NCBI RefSeq assembly: GCF_021028975.2
Contig: NC_059427.1
Coordinates: 88,970,001-89,034,000 of the forward strand
From: Sphaerodactylus townsendi
Taxonomy: Eukaryota
DNA: 64,000 bases
Reading direction: 5' to 3'
Shown: piece by piece, positions 38,487 to 50,379 of the stretch
How the letters are laid out: each line of letters starts with the position of its first letter
Numbering within the stretch: the stretch's first letter is position 1
Notes under the pieces: generated by a model
What the model was told of the DNA's origin: nothing
The model's database searches: none
Seen by the model: the letters and a program-made list of their open reading frames with translations, nothing else
Made by a program: the position numbers and the translations under genes

Positions 38487-39792
38487 CCACTGGAAAAAAA
38501 ATAGACAATTCTAGTGTTCAGTTGGAAAAGATCAACATAATTTTATCTGGGTATATACACTTCAGTAGGACCTGAAATTTACATTGGTATAACTACTGTC
38601 TGCTTGCCCAGGAGTACAACATTCCTTAAACAGTGTCATTTCATTTTGTGCAGTGAAAGTTCATCATGCTAGTGAATCACCAGCAGTTCAAACCTCAGCA
38701 AATCAGGGCATACAGACTAATTTCTGGAGAAAGAGTTATTCCCACCTTGTCACTATTTTTCCTGTTTGTTTTATATGCCGTTCTTATGCTCCTTAGAATG
38801 CTTGTAATGAAGAAGTCTGAATACCAAACTCTTCACATTCTTCTCATGAACCAGAAGGGCAAGTCTGAATGCTGATAATGTAAAAACAATTGACATTCAA
38901 GGGAACAGATTTTTATTTGCCTTCTTATATTGGCCGTATAAAGTGTCAATTTGCAATCTGAGGCCACAGCATTGTAGAAAGGAATCCTCTGGAGACTTCA
39001 CAGACTTGGCTTTCCTGTCTAAAATACTAAAGATTTGACTGAAAAATAAGTCTTCAGACAGCAAAGTAAACAAACTCTAATGTTGGATTTTTTTGGAGAG
39101 GGGAAATGAGAAAAGAAGTGTGTAGATATGACTTAGCCATAGACAGGGGAAAAACTGGTAGGATTATGTTTAGACCTGCCATATCTTCCTCTTTTGAGGT
39201 GGATTCAAAATAATCATACTTTAATCCAGTTCAAAGGGGAAATTTTAGGAATCTTCATGGTGCATCCGAATGGATGCTCCACCCAAAGCCACTATGGAGC
39301 TAAAGTCAACATTTGAATTAAATAGAGTGCTGTTTATTTCTGTATTGGGGGGAGCACCGAATTATCTCTTGGCTCTTTCATACTGATAAAACAAGGAAAA
39401 CAGGAAGGGATTGGGAAGTGTCTCTGAAGTTGTGGGCTTTGTGATGTGTGTGTGTGTGTGTGTGTGTCCACCACACTTGCTTTGCTGCTGCAAGAGTATG
39501 TTTTGTACATACAAAAGTAATATTAGTCTAAGAATACTGATGGAGATAAGTACTAAAGCATCTTTTCATTTATTAGGTTTGTTAATGAAGGGTATTATAA
39601 GCCGAGCCTCCCTCTGAAATGTGTAAGTCAAATGATGGCAAGACATGGAAGTGAATGTGCCAGTTGCAGTGGAGCAATATCATTTGTGCAAAGGAGCCAA
39701 TAGAAACAAAGGAGACAAGAGCAATGGCTACATTCAATCAGAGTGTGGGCAACAAGTAACAGCCAATCAGATCACTGGAAAATTGGCATAGC

Positions 39793-40825
39793 TGTGAGGA
39801 TTCCTGTCTTTGTGGCTTTGAAGCTATGCATGCATAGTTATCACAACCGGGCTGGCTCTTACAAAATGCTGCCACCAAAAGTATTATTTTATTTTCAACC
39901 CTTCACTGGTCACTGGTCACTGCCAAGCCTTGGGCCACGAATCTAATGTATTGGTCACCAAACACCCCCTCTTCTACACTCCCCTTTGACTGAAGGAGTA
40001 AAATCAACAGAGCCTCTGACAAAAATGGAGGGAAAGTCTGTGAGAGTGAGTTTTGGCTTATATGCAGACAGACACCACCCCTTGGTAAGCACACAGAAAT
40101 TAGACTGGCACTTCTGGTAACATGAAGCAGATTTAACATTATTTACAGAAATGAACTGGCTTCTCAGATGGCGGAGAGAGGTTACTTAAGCATGCAGTTT
40201 CAGAAAGTTTGAGCTTCTATTTCACAGATTTTGAAGCAGTTTCACTGACCCAGACTTGGTCACACACAGGTGCCCACTGAGAGTACTCTTCCCTCTCACT
40301 AAAGTCTTCAGCTTTTTAGTTTCTAGCACCCCCACTGTCCCACACTACCAGCTGGATCTTAGAGGACTCTTGGCTCCCTAGCCTTCCTCTCTCACTAGTC
40401 CCTATTTGGGTTTCACTACCCCTGTGGACTTCACTCCCAGACTAGTTGGAACTGTGCACTGACAGACACACTCTGTCTGGATGCTAAGCTGTGGGTCACC
40501 TTCCACAGACTTAGATCCACCTCAGCTTAACAAAGCTTTTCACTGCTCAAAGAGCTCTTGCTGACAAAGTCAGACTTCTCTTCAAGATCCAAACGATTCA
40601 GATTTCAAGTGTGTTTCTCTGACAGGCTTTCTCCTGTTTATATAACCAGCACTTCTAGCTCCCCCTACCAGAGGCTCTTGGCAAACTGCGCCTTCTCCCA
40701 GCTAATCAGGCGGTATCTCCATATAAGGAGCAGGCTTTACACTTCCTGGCTTGCTGTTGCTAAGGCCAGCTAATTCTGCCCCTTAGAAAACACATTAACC
40801 CTTCAGTGTGGGCTAATCTGTCACG
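39793..40825 (-). mobile_element. Probable solo LTR (about 1 kb)
   Basis: Ends tgtgaggatt / aatctgtcacg, minus-strand TATATAAA near 40637-40644, degenerate 5-bp flanks atagc/atggt. Confidence 0.5.
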
Positions 40826-40874
40826 ATGGTAATTAAATAAATAAATACACAAACAAAGAAACAAATAAATAAAA

Positions 40875-41358
40875 GGCCGTTTCCGCACGGCCCATTAACG
40901 ACGGCCTGGGGGCGGTAAAAACACCGCCTCCAGGCCGCCGTTCGCACAGGCGCCGCTGCTGCAACGCAGCAGCGGCGACCTGACTGCGCTTCCCTCCCCC
41001 AGGGCGGCGTCAGGCCGCCCTAAACAACAACCCTTTAAAGGGTTGTTGTTGGGGAGGAAGCGTCTTCCCGGCGGCGCGGTGCGAACGCTGTCTCCCGTCC
41101 CCGCCCCACTCATGGTGTCCTCGTCGTCGCCTGCTGGGCGTCGCAGCCCCGCCCACACTGCCCTCCGACCTCCAGGGGTCAGAGGGCAGCGTGTGAACTC
41201 GGCGCTGTGGCGAGCACGTGACACCGCGGAGGGCGGCGACGTCTTGAGCCGCCTGTCACCCGACTTCCGGCCTCGCTGCTCATGCAGAGCGGGAGCTTCA
41301 ATTCGCCGCCAGAACTCTTGGCGGCATGGGGGCGCATCCTGGCCATGCGGAAACGGCC
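40875..41358. mobile_element. Young GC-rich PIF/Harbinger-type MITE
   Basis: 18-bp TIRs ggccgtttccgcacggcc / ggccatgcggaaacggcc (1 mismatch), TSD AAA. Internal palindrome aacaacaaccctttaaagggttgttgtt. Confidence 0.9.
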
Positions 41359-43399
41359 AAAGTATTTTCTGTGCCATTGAGCTAAACCAACCTGAACAAT
41401 TTTCAGGAGCTTTCAGGACAAATTATACAAGGTCCCTGTGAACAAAATCCATGAAAACGATTTTTAAATAGCATTTGCAAGACAATAAAAATGGGCTGTG
41501 TGGAAAAGACCTATGTGACAAGTCTTTTTCCCCCCACTGAGGGAGGCACACATAGCCTGCTAAGATTTTTGTGATCTAGGTTAGTTTTGAACTATAAACA
41601 TTCCTCACAGTTTCCAGATGTTCTACAGGTAGCGAGTGTATAGGCTTTGGATTTGCTGCTGTGAGGTAAGTTTTTTGGTGCCTAAGGAGATTATTGATAT
41701 CACTGATACTGGATTAGTATATGAATAACTAAGAACACATGTTTACTTCTGTCCTGGTTGGTTTAAAGGAACAAACCAGTAATAGAGGTATCCAGGAAGA
41801 CCAAACAGAAACCTGGCTGAGTCACAAAAAATTAAACTGGTTGATCTCAAAGAGTAGTGAGACTTTTCTACAATGCTTTCAGGCATAAATAGACTTTTCT
41901 TGACTACTCATTCAGTTGGATCCTTTCTCACAAACAAGATTCAAATCCTCCTCTGCCCCTTTCCTCTGAGGTTTGGAGTCTCCTTCTCCTTTCCCCACCT
42001 TCTAGCAGCAGCCTAATTGGGGGAATGGGGGACATAATTAACTTTCATGTTGCTATCTTGAAAAGATACTTTGATCTTTTCTACAATACTGTCATTGCAT
42101 TTTTGTGTTGATCTTGTAATTAAAGTGACTGTCGAAGTGTCTGTTAGCTGTATCAGTTTACACATCACACTGCCTCATGAGAAGTAATTTTTTTTCTTCT
42201 CCCATGCACAAGAGCTTCTTTTTAAAGGTTCTATGACACTAAAGCAGATGTGTCTCAGGGTTTGTCACTGTGCAGAATTTATGGCATGCCTCACTGACAC
42301 TGAAAAATAAAATGAAAGGAAGCCCAGTAGTCATGACAGAAGACTAGTTCAAGTATGAACATTGTTATACTATCTCATGGGAATTGTAATTATTCTGCAA
42401 ATCCATAGACATATGCCTACATCATGATGAGAAGCTGTTTTCATTGGCTACATTTGATGAGCTGTATATTTTCACTTTAAATAAGATGGAACCCAGCAGT
42501 AATGAAGAGCTTCAAGCATCCTCCAGGGCAAAAGTGGCCACAAACTTCAACACAGATGTTACTAATCTAACTTAATTATCCAGGCAGAACCAAGTACTAA
42601 GCTGCTTGGCATGGCAGTCAAACACTGAACAACAATACAGTCTGGCAAAGGAGAGTAGACTGCCATGAACATAAGGAAGTTCATCAAGATTAAGTTCAGC
42701 TGATGGTTGCTTTTACATCAATATTCTCAGTACTTTCTCAGTGCTTATTTTTCCCTCCCTTTCCCACATATTGCTGAAGAAATGCTTAGAGAAGGGTCCT
42801 TCAATTAGTCAATTCCACAGTGAAATTTGGAATAGTTTCAAAAACACTGAAAACATTATTGCTTTTGGTTGAAGTGTGAACAACTAATATGTATAACTCT
42901 TGAGGCTCATCCCTTCAGGCTTCTGCATTCTACAGAAAAGTGATAGGTGAAAAGGGGGCTGTTTATTCCCTTATTAAAATGTAGTAAAACATTGGAATAA
43001 ATATTGCATAATATTGTCATTTTACCATCAGAGAACCCTCTGTTTGAATAAAACAACACTGTCTCATTCTCAAAGGACCTATTGAAGGATCTGTAGACCA
43101 TGAAGCTGCCAATCTGTGTCTAATGCTAATGAAAGAATTCTAACCAGGGATTTCCCACTTATTTGTCCACAGTTTAATGCACTTTGGATAGGAAATTCAT
43201 CTGAAATGCAAGGGAGAGAAGTCACTAAAGTGTGTACATCAAGACTTTTAACAGCCAAATCCACTTGATACTTTAACAAGTAAAGTTGAATGTAAATCCT
43301 CTCAGCCTATTAATTACCATCTTTAACCAGAAAGGCTAAAACGTCTTTTTGAAAGTTTTAAATTACTATATTTTGTTTTTTTAATTTAATATTTAATAT

Positions 43400-43632
43400 C
43401 ACAGCTGCCAATTCTTTAGCTGTTGTTGGCCTTTCATTACAATTGGAGCCTCACTCAGAGGCCTAGGATGTTGTAATGTATTAGTGTAGTATTTGTGCGG
43501 ATCCAAACAATGCTACCTTCTGAATCTGGCAGCTGTTTATTTTGTTGATTTGAAGATGTTTTAAATGCTGCCCTAGTGTTTTCAGAATGGTGCCCAGGGT
43601 ACTGATTACCACTGGGACAACCTCAGCTGGGT
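43400..43632 (-). mobile_element. R4/Dong-clade non-LTR retrotransposon 3' fragment
   Basis: Minus translation VVPVVISTLGTILKTLGQHLKHLQINKINSCQIQKVALFGSAQILH* matches the C-terminus downstream of the RLE domain in R4/Dong elements. Confidence 0.75.
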
Positions 43633-44846
43633 TTTTTTGGCTTGCATCTGAATAGTTACACAGGTGCAGATGGTCATATCGGGGGACACTGACATGGCTG
43701 TGGGGGTTCATTTGTGCTTGCCTGCATGTCTTCGCGTGACAGTGTGACAGCACCCCAGATTGTTTCCATGGCCTCCAACCACTGCTTGCACAGATGCATG
43801 TGAGTGCGACAACAGGAAAATGGGTTTCTTTATCCTGACTTCAACCCATAATTCATTTGTATGAAATACATGGGACATTACATATAAACAAAAACATGGG
43901 TAGTGAAAGGGTCAAGAAAATTAGATCATGAATAAAAAAATAGGTAATTCTGTGCAATAATAGCTCTAGACTTCAGTTTTAAATATATAACTGTACCAAT
44001 TTCACAGACTTAAGGTTATTAAACATTTTTTAGAGGATGAGCAGATGTCATTGGTATGGCAATTGAAAGTCAAGTGGGACAAAAGACATGTTCTATGACT
44101 TTGTATAAACCTGATCCTCTGCAGTAAAGGATCAGAAAAGATCAGATATTGAGTGAATATTTCATTCTCCAGTGATACCTGTTAAAGATTGTTTTTTATT
44201 ACTCCATTCAAAGGAGAAGATTTTGTCACCATGTGAAATTTATTGCAATTTTTCACAGGGCCAAACGTTCTTCCAAGCCTCAAGCTATATTGCCAAAGAT
44301 ACCTCCAGGGCTGAATATTTTTATAGAAGGAAACAGCAGTGCAAAGAAACAAAGGTTAATATTAAAAACAATATGTTCTATAATATCTCTCAACCATCCA
44401 CTGTTCTGAGACTCATGGTAGTATACCGTTCTGTTTAATAGTTGCTTTTAGTCTGTCTATTGGGAAAGCTACCCTTGAGGCTAAGCTAGAGATATGATTG
44501 AAAGATTTACTGTGATCTTCCATTAAAAGAATTTCAATTGCCTGAAGTAAGTAAATAGTGCGGTAATGTTATTTCCCTCTTGCTCTCACCACTGAATATA
44601 AGCAAGTTTAAAGATGTAGGTACACATATATTTTATATTCAAATAGCAAAGTCAGTTAAATTTGAGGATATTTCAGTCTGGTGACTAGTGGTGTGAACGG
44701 GCAAGACAGACCATTCTACAAACCTGAAAGGGGCCCCAGGTTTTCAGAAAAATGTGAAATAAAAAATACATTGGGGGTTTAAAAAAACATTAATGATAAA
44801 AGAATTGCTGGCAGCTTTAAGTAATTGATTCCATCAGTAGCTGTTG

Positions 44847-45821
44847 CAAGAATGTAGGTAAGGGGGGGGGGGTTCCCTAGGTTTAACCCCCCCATTACAT
44901 GTCCGAAGCTCTGCCCCGTTTGTGAGTTTTTTGTATTTGTAAGGTTTTTTTTCAGTTTTTAGCATGCAGGGGGCGCATTTTTTAGGCTTTTGGGAGACTG
45001 TCCTGATGATACCACCCAAGTCTGGTGAGGTTTGGGTCAGGGGGTCCAAAGTTATGGACTCCCAAAGGGGGTGCCCCTATGTCCCCCATTGTTTCCAATG
45101 GGAGCTAATAGTAGATCAGGGCTACTCCTTTGAGGGTCCATAACTTTGGACCCCCTGAACCAAAATTCACCAAACCTGGGTAGTATCATCAGGAGAGTCT
45201 CCTAAAGGTACCCTGAAATTTTGGTGCTGCTAGCTTAACAATTGCACCCCTGACAGCAGGCACCCCCCAAATTTCCCCAGATTCTCCTTTTAAATCCACC
45301 CCCTTCGGCATGGATTGAAAGGGAGAATCTGAGGTCCCCAGTTTAAACATTGAAAGTGATGCTGTGTCTGGGTAGGGGATAATCCATCCCAAACAGCATC
45401 ACTTTCAATATTGTGTTAACTGGGGACCCCAGATTCTCCCTTTAAGATGGATTTAAAAGGAGAATCTGGGCTCCCTAGTTTAAACACCATTGAAAATTAT
45501 GCTTTTTGGGGTTGGATTCCAGCATCACAGCAGCTGCCCATGGGGGGGGGCACTAAAATTTTGCACCGGGCTCCATTTTCCCTAGCCACGCCTCTGCCTG
45601 GAGGAAAGGGCAGAAGGGGCTGCTGGATGCCAGCTGGGAGCCCAGCCAGTTGGGGGGCAGGGGGGCAGGGGAGTCTGCCATCCCTGGCGTCAGAGAGCTG
45701 CTTTTATAAGTACTGAGGGTGGGGTGGGGCTTTGGGAGGTGTGGCCATGCCCCCGGGGGGGGCTGGGTTGTGGCCCCTCCCCTCGATCCCACCCCATCAA
45801 AAATCTATACCCCTGTCCCTG
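44847..45821. mobile_element. Composite hAT MITE
   Basis: TSD agctgttg / tgctgttg (7/8). Interior is homologous to 54748-55767 and contains that family's 3' end (ttccctagccacgcctctg) at about 45596. Confidence 0.65.
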
Positions 45822-47035
45822 TGCTGTTGCTAGTCAGCCACAGCATTCCAAGGCTTGATTGTCAATAAAAGCAGGGGGGAAGGGGAAAAGTTCTTTCCAG
45901 GCCTATTTTCACCTTTGTGGGATGCCAACTTCAGGTTGGGAAATTCCTGGTGATTTTGTGGTGGAGTCTGAGGCCAGCAGGGTTTAGGGTAAGAAATGAT
46001 CTCAGCTAGATATAATGAATCCACCCTTCAAACCAGCCATTTTCTCCTGTGGGAAAGATCTTTGCCATCTGGAGTTCAATTGATGAAGTAAATAAACAAT
46101 AAATATAGATTACTATGTGAGGCTGATAAAATATAGATTATATAGATTACTATGTGAGGTTGATGAATGGCTGAGCAGTAGATGATGAGGCAGGAAAATA
46201 AAATATGGGAGTTGTCAAGAGTTGCCAAGAGGAGGGAAAAAGGGAATAGTGTTGCGAGGGGGATAAAGTGAGGTGTCTCTCCACAAGTCCTTGAGGGTTC
46301 TCTACCATACAAGTGGGTGTGGTCCTGTGGGTGGCACTACTCAACTAGGCCATAGTTCTCCTAGGAATAGGCTGGTGAGGGGAGGGTGTGAAGATGAAAA
46401 GCTTAAATCAGAGTGGCAGATAAAGGTAGGTTGGCTGTTGCGGGGGAAGGAAATGGATTCCATCAGTGTAATCAGTTGCCAGGTTAGGAAATTTCCAGAG
46501 ATTTTGGGGCTGGAGCAAGGGGAGGGTGTGGTTAGATGAGGAAGAGAATACCTCAGAAGGGTATAATGCCATAGACTCTAATCTCCAAAGCAAACATTTC
46601 CTCCAGGGTTGCCAATCTGCAGGCTTGGGCTAAAGATCATCCAGAGTTACAACTGCTCTCCAGACAGCGGCATTTCTAGAGAAAAATAGCACCAAGGACA
46701 AGCATTGAAACTGTGTCCCTATCCAAAAATCTGACACTCATCTTTTAGATAACTTTACCATAATATCAGCTCAAAAATACAAGTCAAGCTTGTTAATGTT
46801 TTACTTAACAAATTATTGGACTACATGGAAACTGCACCTTCTACACAGCTTCCGGAAATCTTCTGTTTGGATTTGGTATAGTATGTCGGGGCCAGAGAGA
46901 TTGTAGAGAGGAACACAAACCAGGAGCAAGCGGCACCTCAGGAAGCAAAGCAGAGCCTGACTCCCCAAAGAGATTCCTAGGTGAATGCAGCACATGATGC
47001 AAAAAAACAAAGGAAATTCCACTTTCCCTCTATGC

Positions 47036-47222
47036 CAGTGGTTCTCAACCTGGGGGTCGGGACCCCTTTGGGGGTTGAATGACCCTTTCACAGGGGTCAC
47101 CTAAGACTCTCTGCATCAGTGTGGTCCATCTGTAAAATGGATAAATGTTAGGGTTGGGGGTCACCACAACGTGAGGAACTGTATTAAAGGGTCATGGCAT
47201 TAGGAAGGTTGGGAACCATTTG
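47036..47222 (+). mobile_element. SPIN (Space Invader) non-autonomous hAT element
   Basis: cagtggttctcaacctgggggtcgggacccctttgggggttgaatgaccctttcacaggggtcacctaagac ... gggtcaccacaacgtgaggaactgtattaaagggtc..cattaggaaggttgggaacca matches recalled SPIN ends. TSD ctctatgc / ctctaagc. Confidence 0.9.
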
Positions 47223-47675
47223 CTCTAAGCTGTGGGGTATTGTGAACAAAAATTTTACTTGGTGAACCAAAATAGCCACCTCCATTAGAGGTGTGAACAA
47301 ACTTAATTTGACTATCACATAAATTAGTTTTTTGGTTACCATTATTCTGTAGTATAATAGTGGTAATAATGTAAAAATCTCAGAATGAATTGTTTTAAAC
47401 TATATTTAAGCATGACTTAAACATTATAAGTAAAAAAAGAATCTAGGCAAATTTCATTATAGAAAATGTTTTATTTTAACTCCTTTCTCTGTTTTCCAGA
47501 ATCTGTAAACACTGTAAATATTAATATTATTCCCTGTAGATATATGTAGTTGGTAGTGTCTACATAAAAAGAAAGTACAGTTTATCCACTGGAAGAAAAA
47601 GACAGACATTGCTGAGCTGGCTGAAGCACCTTGGAGGTGTAAGGTCTCTCACTCTTGCTCTGGAGGTCTGATGTA

Positions 47676-47870
47676 CAGAGGTGTATCAGGGGGAAATGGT
47701 GCCCTTCTCCCAGTGACCCCCATGCCCCCACTCCCCCCATGCTCTTCCCCACATTCCTTGGGGCAGCACTTGGTGGTGTGTGGCTGGGCACATGCTGTTT
47801 GATCACTTGGGGGCATTCAGCACCCCCCTATGTGACCAAAAGGCATGAGCCCAGGGACATGTGTGTCTAG
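47676..47870. mobile_element. hAT-type MITE remnant
   Basis: Starts cagaggtgtatcaggggaaatggtgccc like its relatives; the right end is decayed. Confidence 0.5.
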
Positions 47871-48514
47871 GTTTCTCAGTCTGCAGTGTAGGTACTCTTG
47901 AGGTTTAGTTTAGCCCTTTCTTCCCCTGCACTTGATTGAAAATTGGAAACAAAGCAGCCATAAAACTATTTCAGTGGGGCCAGGCAGGGTTGCTTGGTTT
48001 TCTGATTTGCTCTCTGTCTTCTTCAACCTTCTTCAACTCTCCAGAATCTTCCTTTAGCCATCAGCTGCCCTTGCAGCAATCCCCCTTTCTCTCTTTTCTC
48101 ACACAACATCCTGAAAAGGCGCACAGGCAGGACTGCCAGGCAGATGCTGGGTCCCCTCCCCCTCTCTCCCCTCCCTTGCATGCTACACCTGACTCCTTCC
48201 CCTCCCCAAACTCTACCCTTCAGGCTCCACCCCCAAAATCTCCAGGTATTTCCCAGCACACAGCTGACAACTCTATCAGTCTAGTACATTTTCATTCCAC
48301 CCTTCTTCCATGGGGGCTAGAGTAGTATACATGACTCTTGTTTCCCCATTTTATTCTCGCAACAGCACAGTGAGGTAACGGAGACTGAGAATGTCTAGCA
48401 ATCTTTATGGCAAAGTGGATCTACATAGACTCAAGCCAGCTCACAGTTCGGGGAAAGATATATCTCTGATGTGTATCCTTCAGTGAAGTAGTATACTGTG
48501 GGTTGAATCTAGAC

Positions 48515-48912
48515 CAGTGGCATGGGTGCGGGGAAATGGTGCCTGGGGCAAAATGGTGCCAGAGCAGCTAGCTGAAAAAGCAGCCTAGCTGCGCCTCTGG
48601 CTGAACTAAGGTAAGTGGGGAAGGGCAGGAGGCATGGGCCCCCCATGCCCCCTGCCCTTCCACAGCTCCCCCTGCCCCCCACTTACCTTAGTTTAGCTGG
48701 ATGCAAAGAGCAGCCAGCTGAAAAAGCAGCCTGGGTGGGTTGCAGCCCACCAGGCTGCTCTGGGCTGCAGGGCCTGGCTGATAGGACAGGGCTGGGTAGG
48801 AGCGCCCAGCAGCAGCCTCCGCTGGGCCTAGGCCGGCAAGGCTGGCCCAGAAGTGCGAGGCAGGAAGAGGGGGGAAGGGGAAGGGGAAGGGTGCAATTTT
48901 CCACCCCCACAT
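48515..48912. mobile_element. hAT MITE, truncated, inverted relative to 53774-54298
   Basis: Left end cagtggcatgggtgcggggaaatgg and shared gctgaactaaggtaagtgggg modules. Confidence 0.65.
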
Positions 48913-49175
48913 TGAAGGAAGAGGTGGAATAATTTCTACTAAATTCTTATTTGTACTTCAGACCCCAATTTGCCTGTCAAGCTGTACTTGGCAGTCCCCT
49001 CTTTTTCAGGAGCAGCATGTTTGATAGATCTCTGTGTTGTATTGGGCAGGAACCTTCTGTTTCTATGGTAAAAATGCCTTAGGTGAGTAGAAAATTTTGT
49101 CTGAATCCTACTCAGCATTTTGTGCCTGCCTCGTATTTGTTGTTAACATGCTGATAATTACAGTTATACAAGTTG

Positions 49176-49329
49176 NNNNNNNNNNNNNNNNNNNNNNNNN
49201 NNNNNNNNNNNNNNNNNNNNNNNNNNNNNNNNNNNNNNNNNNNNNNNNNNNNNNNNNNNNNNNNNNNNNNNNNNNNNNNNNNNNNNNNNNNNNNNNNNNN
49301 NNNNNNNNNNNNNNNNNNNNNNNNNNNNN
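49176..49329. other. Assembly gap
   Basis: Run of N. Confidence 1.
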
Positions 49330-50379
49330 TGTCTTTGAGGAATGAAAAGTTCTATCAAAAATGAAAGATCATCAGTAATCTTGAAAGTGAACTAGTGCAT
49401 TTCATGCATATAATTATACACTTTCATGTAAGATTACTGTAACTCATAAACTGTGTGAGAGTTGTCTTCTAATTATTGTGTCCTAAAGAGTGAAAATCTT
49501 CTTTTCTCTTGGGTTGGTGGATTAGGAGCTGCTGTAACTTTTGCTTGTTTTAATCAACATGTAGTAATTACCTACCCTGTTAATTCATTTGGCACCATTT
49601 TGTTTCATTACATTTTTCTATGCTGTCCTAGGACTTTCAGGATGACCGCCTACAAATACCACATGTAACAATAGACAGAGATTTGTATGTGTAAGACATT
49701 TTTCATAAATATTTTAAGAAATTAATAAGTTGTTCATTTATCAACAACTGACACTAGGTATAAAATAATAGCAAAAGGTCAAATAGTTAATTAGAAAATG
49801 ACACAGATTTTGGAAAATCCTATTGATAGATTACAGTAGCTTTAGAAAAAATAAGGCAGGGTTCTGTTCTAGAATAATAAATGAGACACCAAACCAGAAA
49901 TTAAAAATCATACTGTGTATATAACTTTATAAGAAAAACTACAATACAATTTAAGTCCTCAAAATGCCCTGTTTGTCTACTGTCTACTGTCAGGGGAGGG
50001 AAAAGATGCTGGACAGATTACAAACCTGTTTTCTCCTGGTAATTCAAGGGGGGTGGGGGTAACAACAATAAATATGTAACAGATTAAATAGTATATATTA
50101 AAATATCAAAGATGTTAAGTATTGAACATTGAAAACATAAAATTCATAGAAAGCTGCATTAAAATAGACACCATAAAACCACTTTGTATGTATTTATTTA
50201 AAACATTTATTCACTACCTTTTACCGTAGAGGAACTCAAGGCAGCTCACCATTTATTTATTTATTTTATTTATTTCTTCCATTTGTATCCTGCCATATCT
50301 CCAAAAACTTAAGGTGGCTCACAGTAAAACATACATAATAAATACAATAAATATCAGTTTGGGGCTGTGGTGACATCAA

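Noticed and set aside
49097-49364. ORFs spanning N runs (also 57110-57431)
   Set aside because: Gap artefacts.
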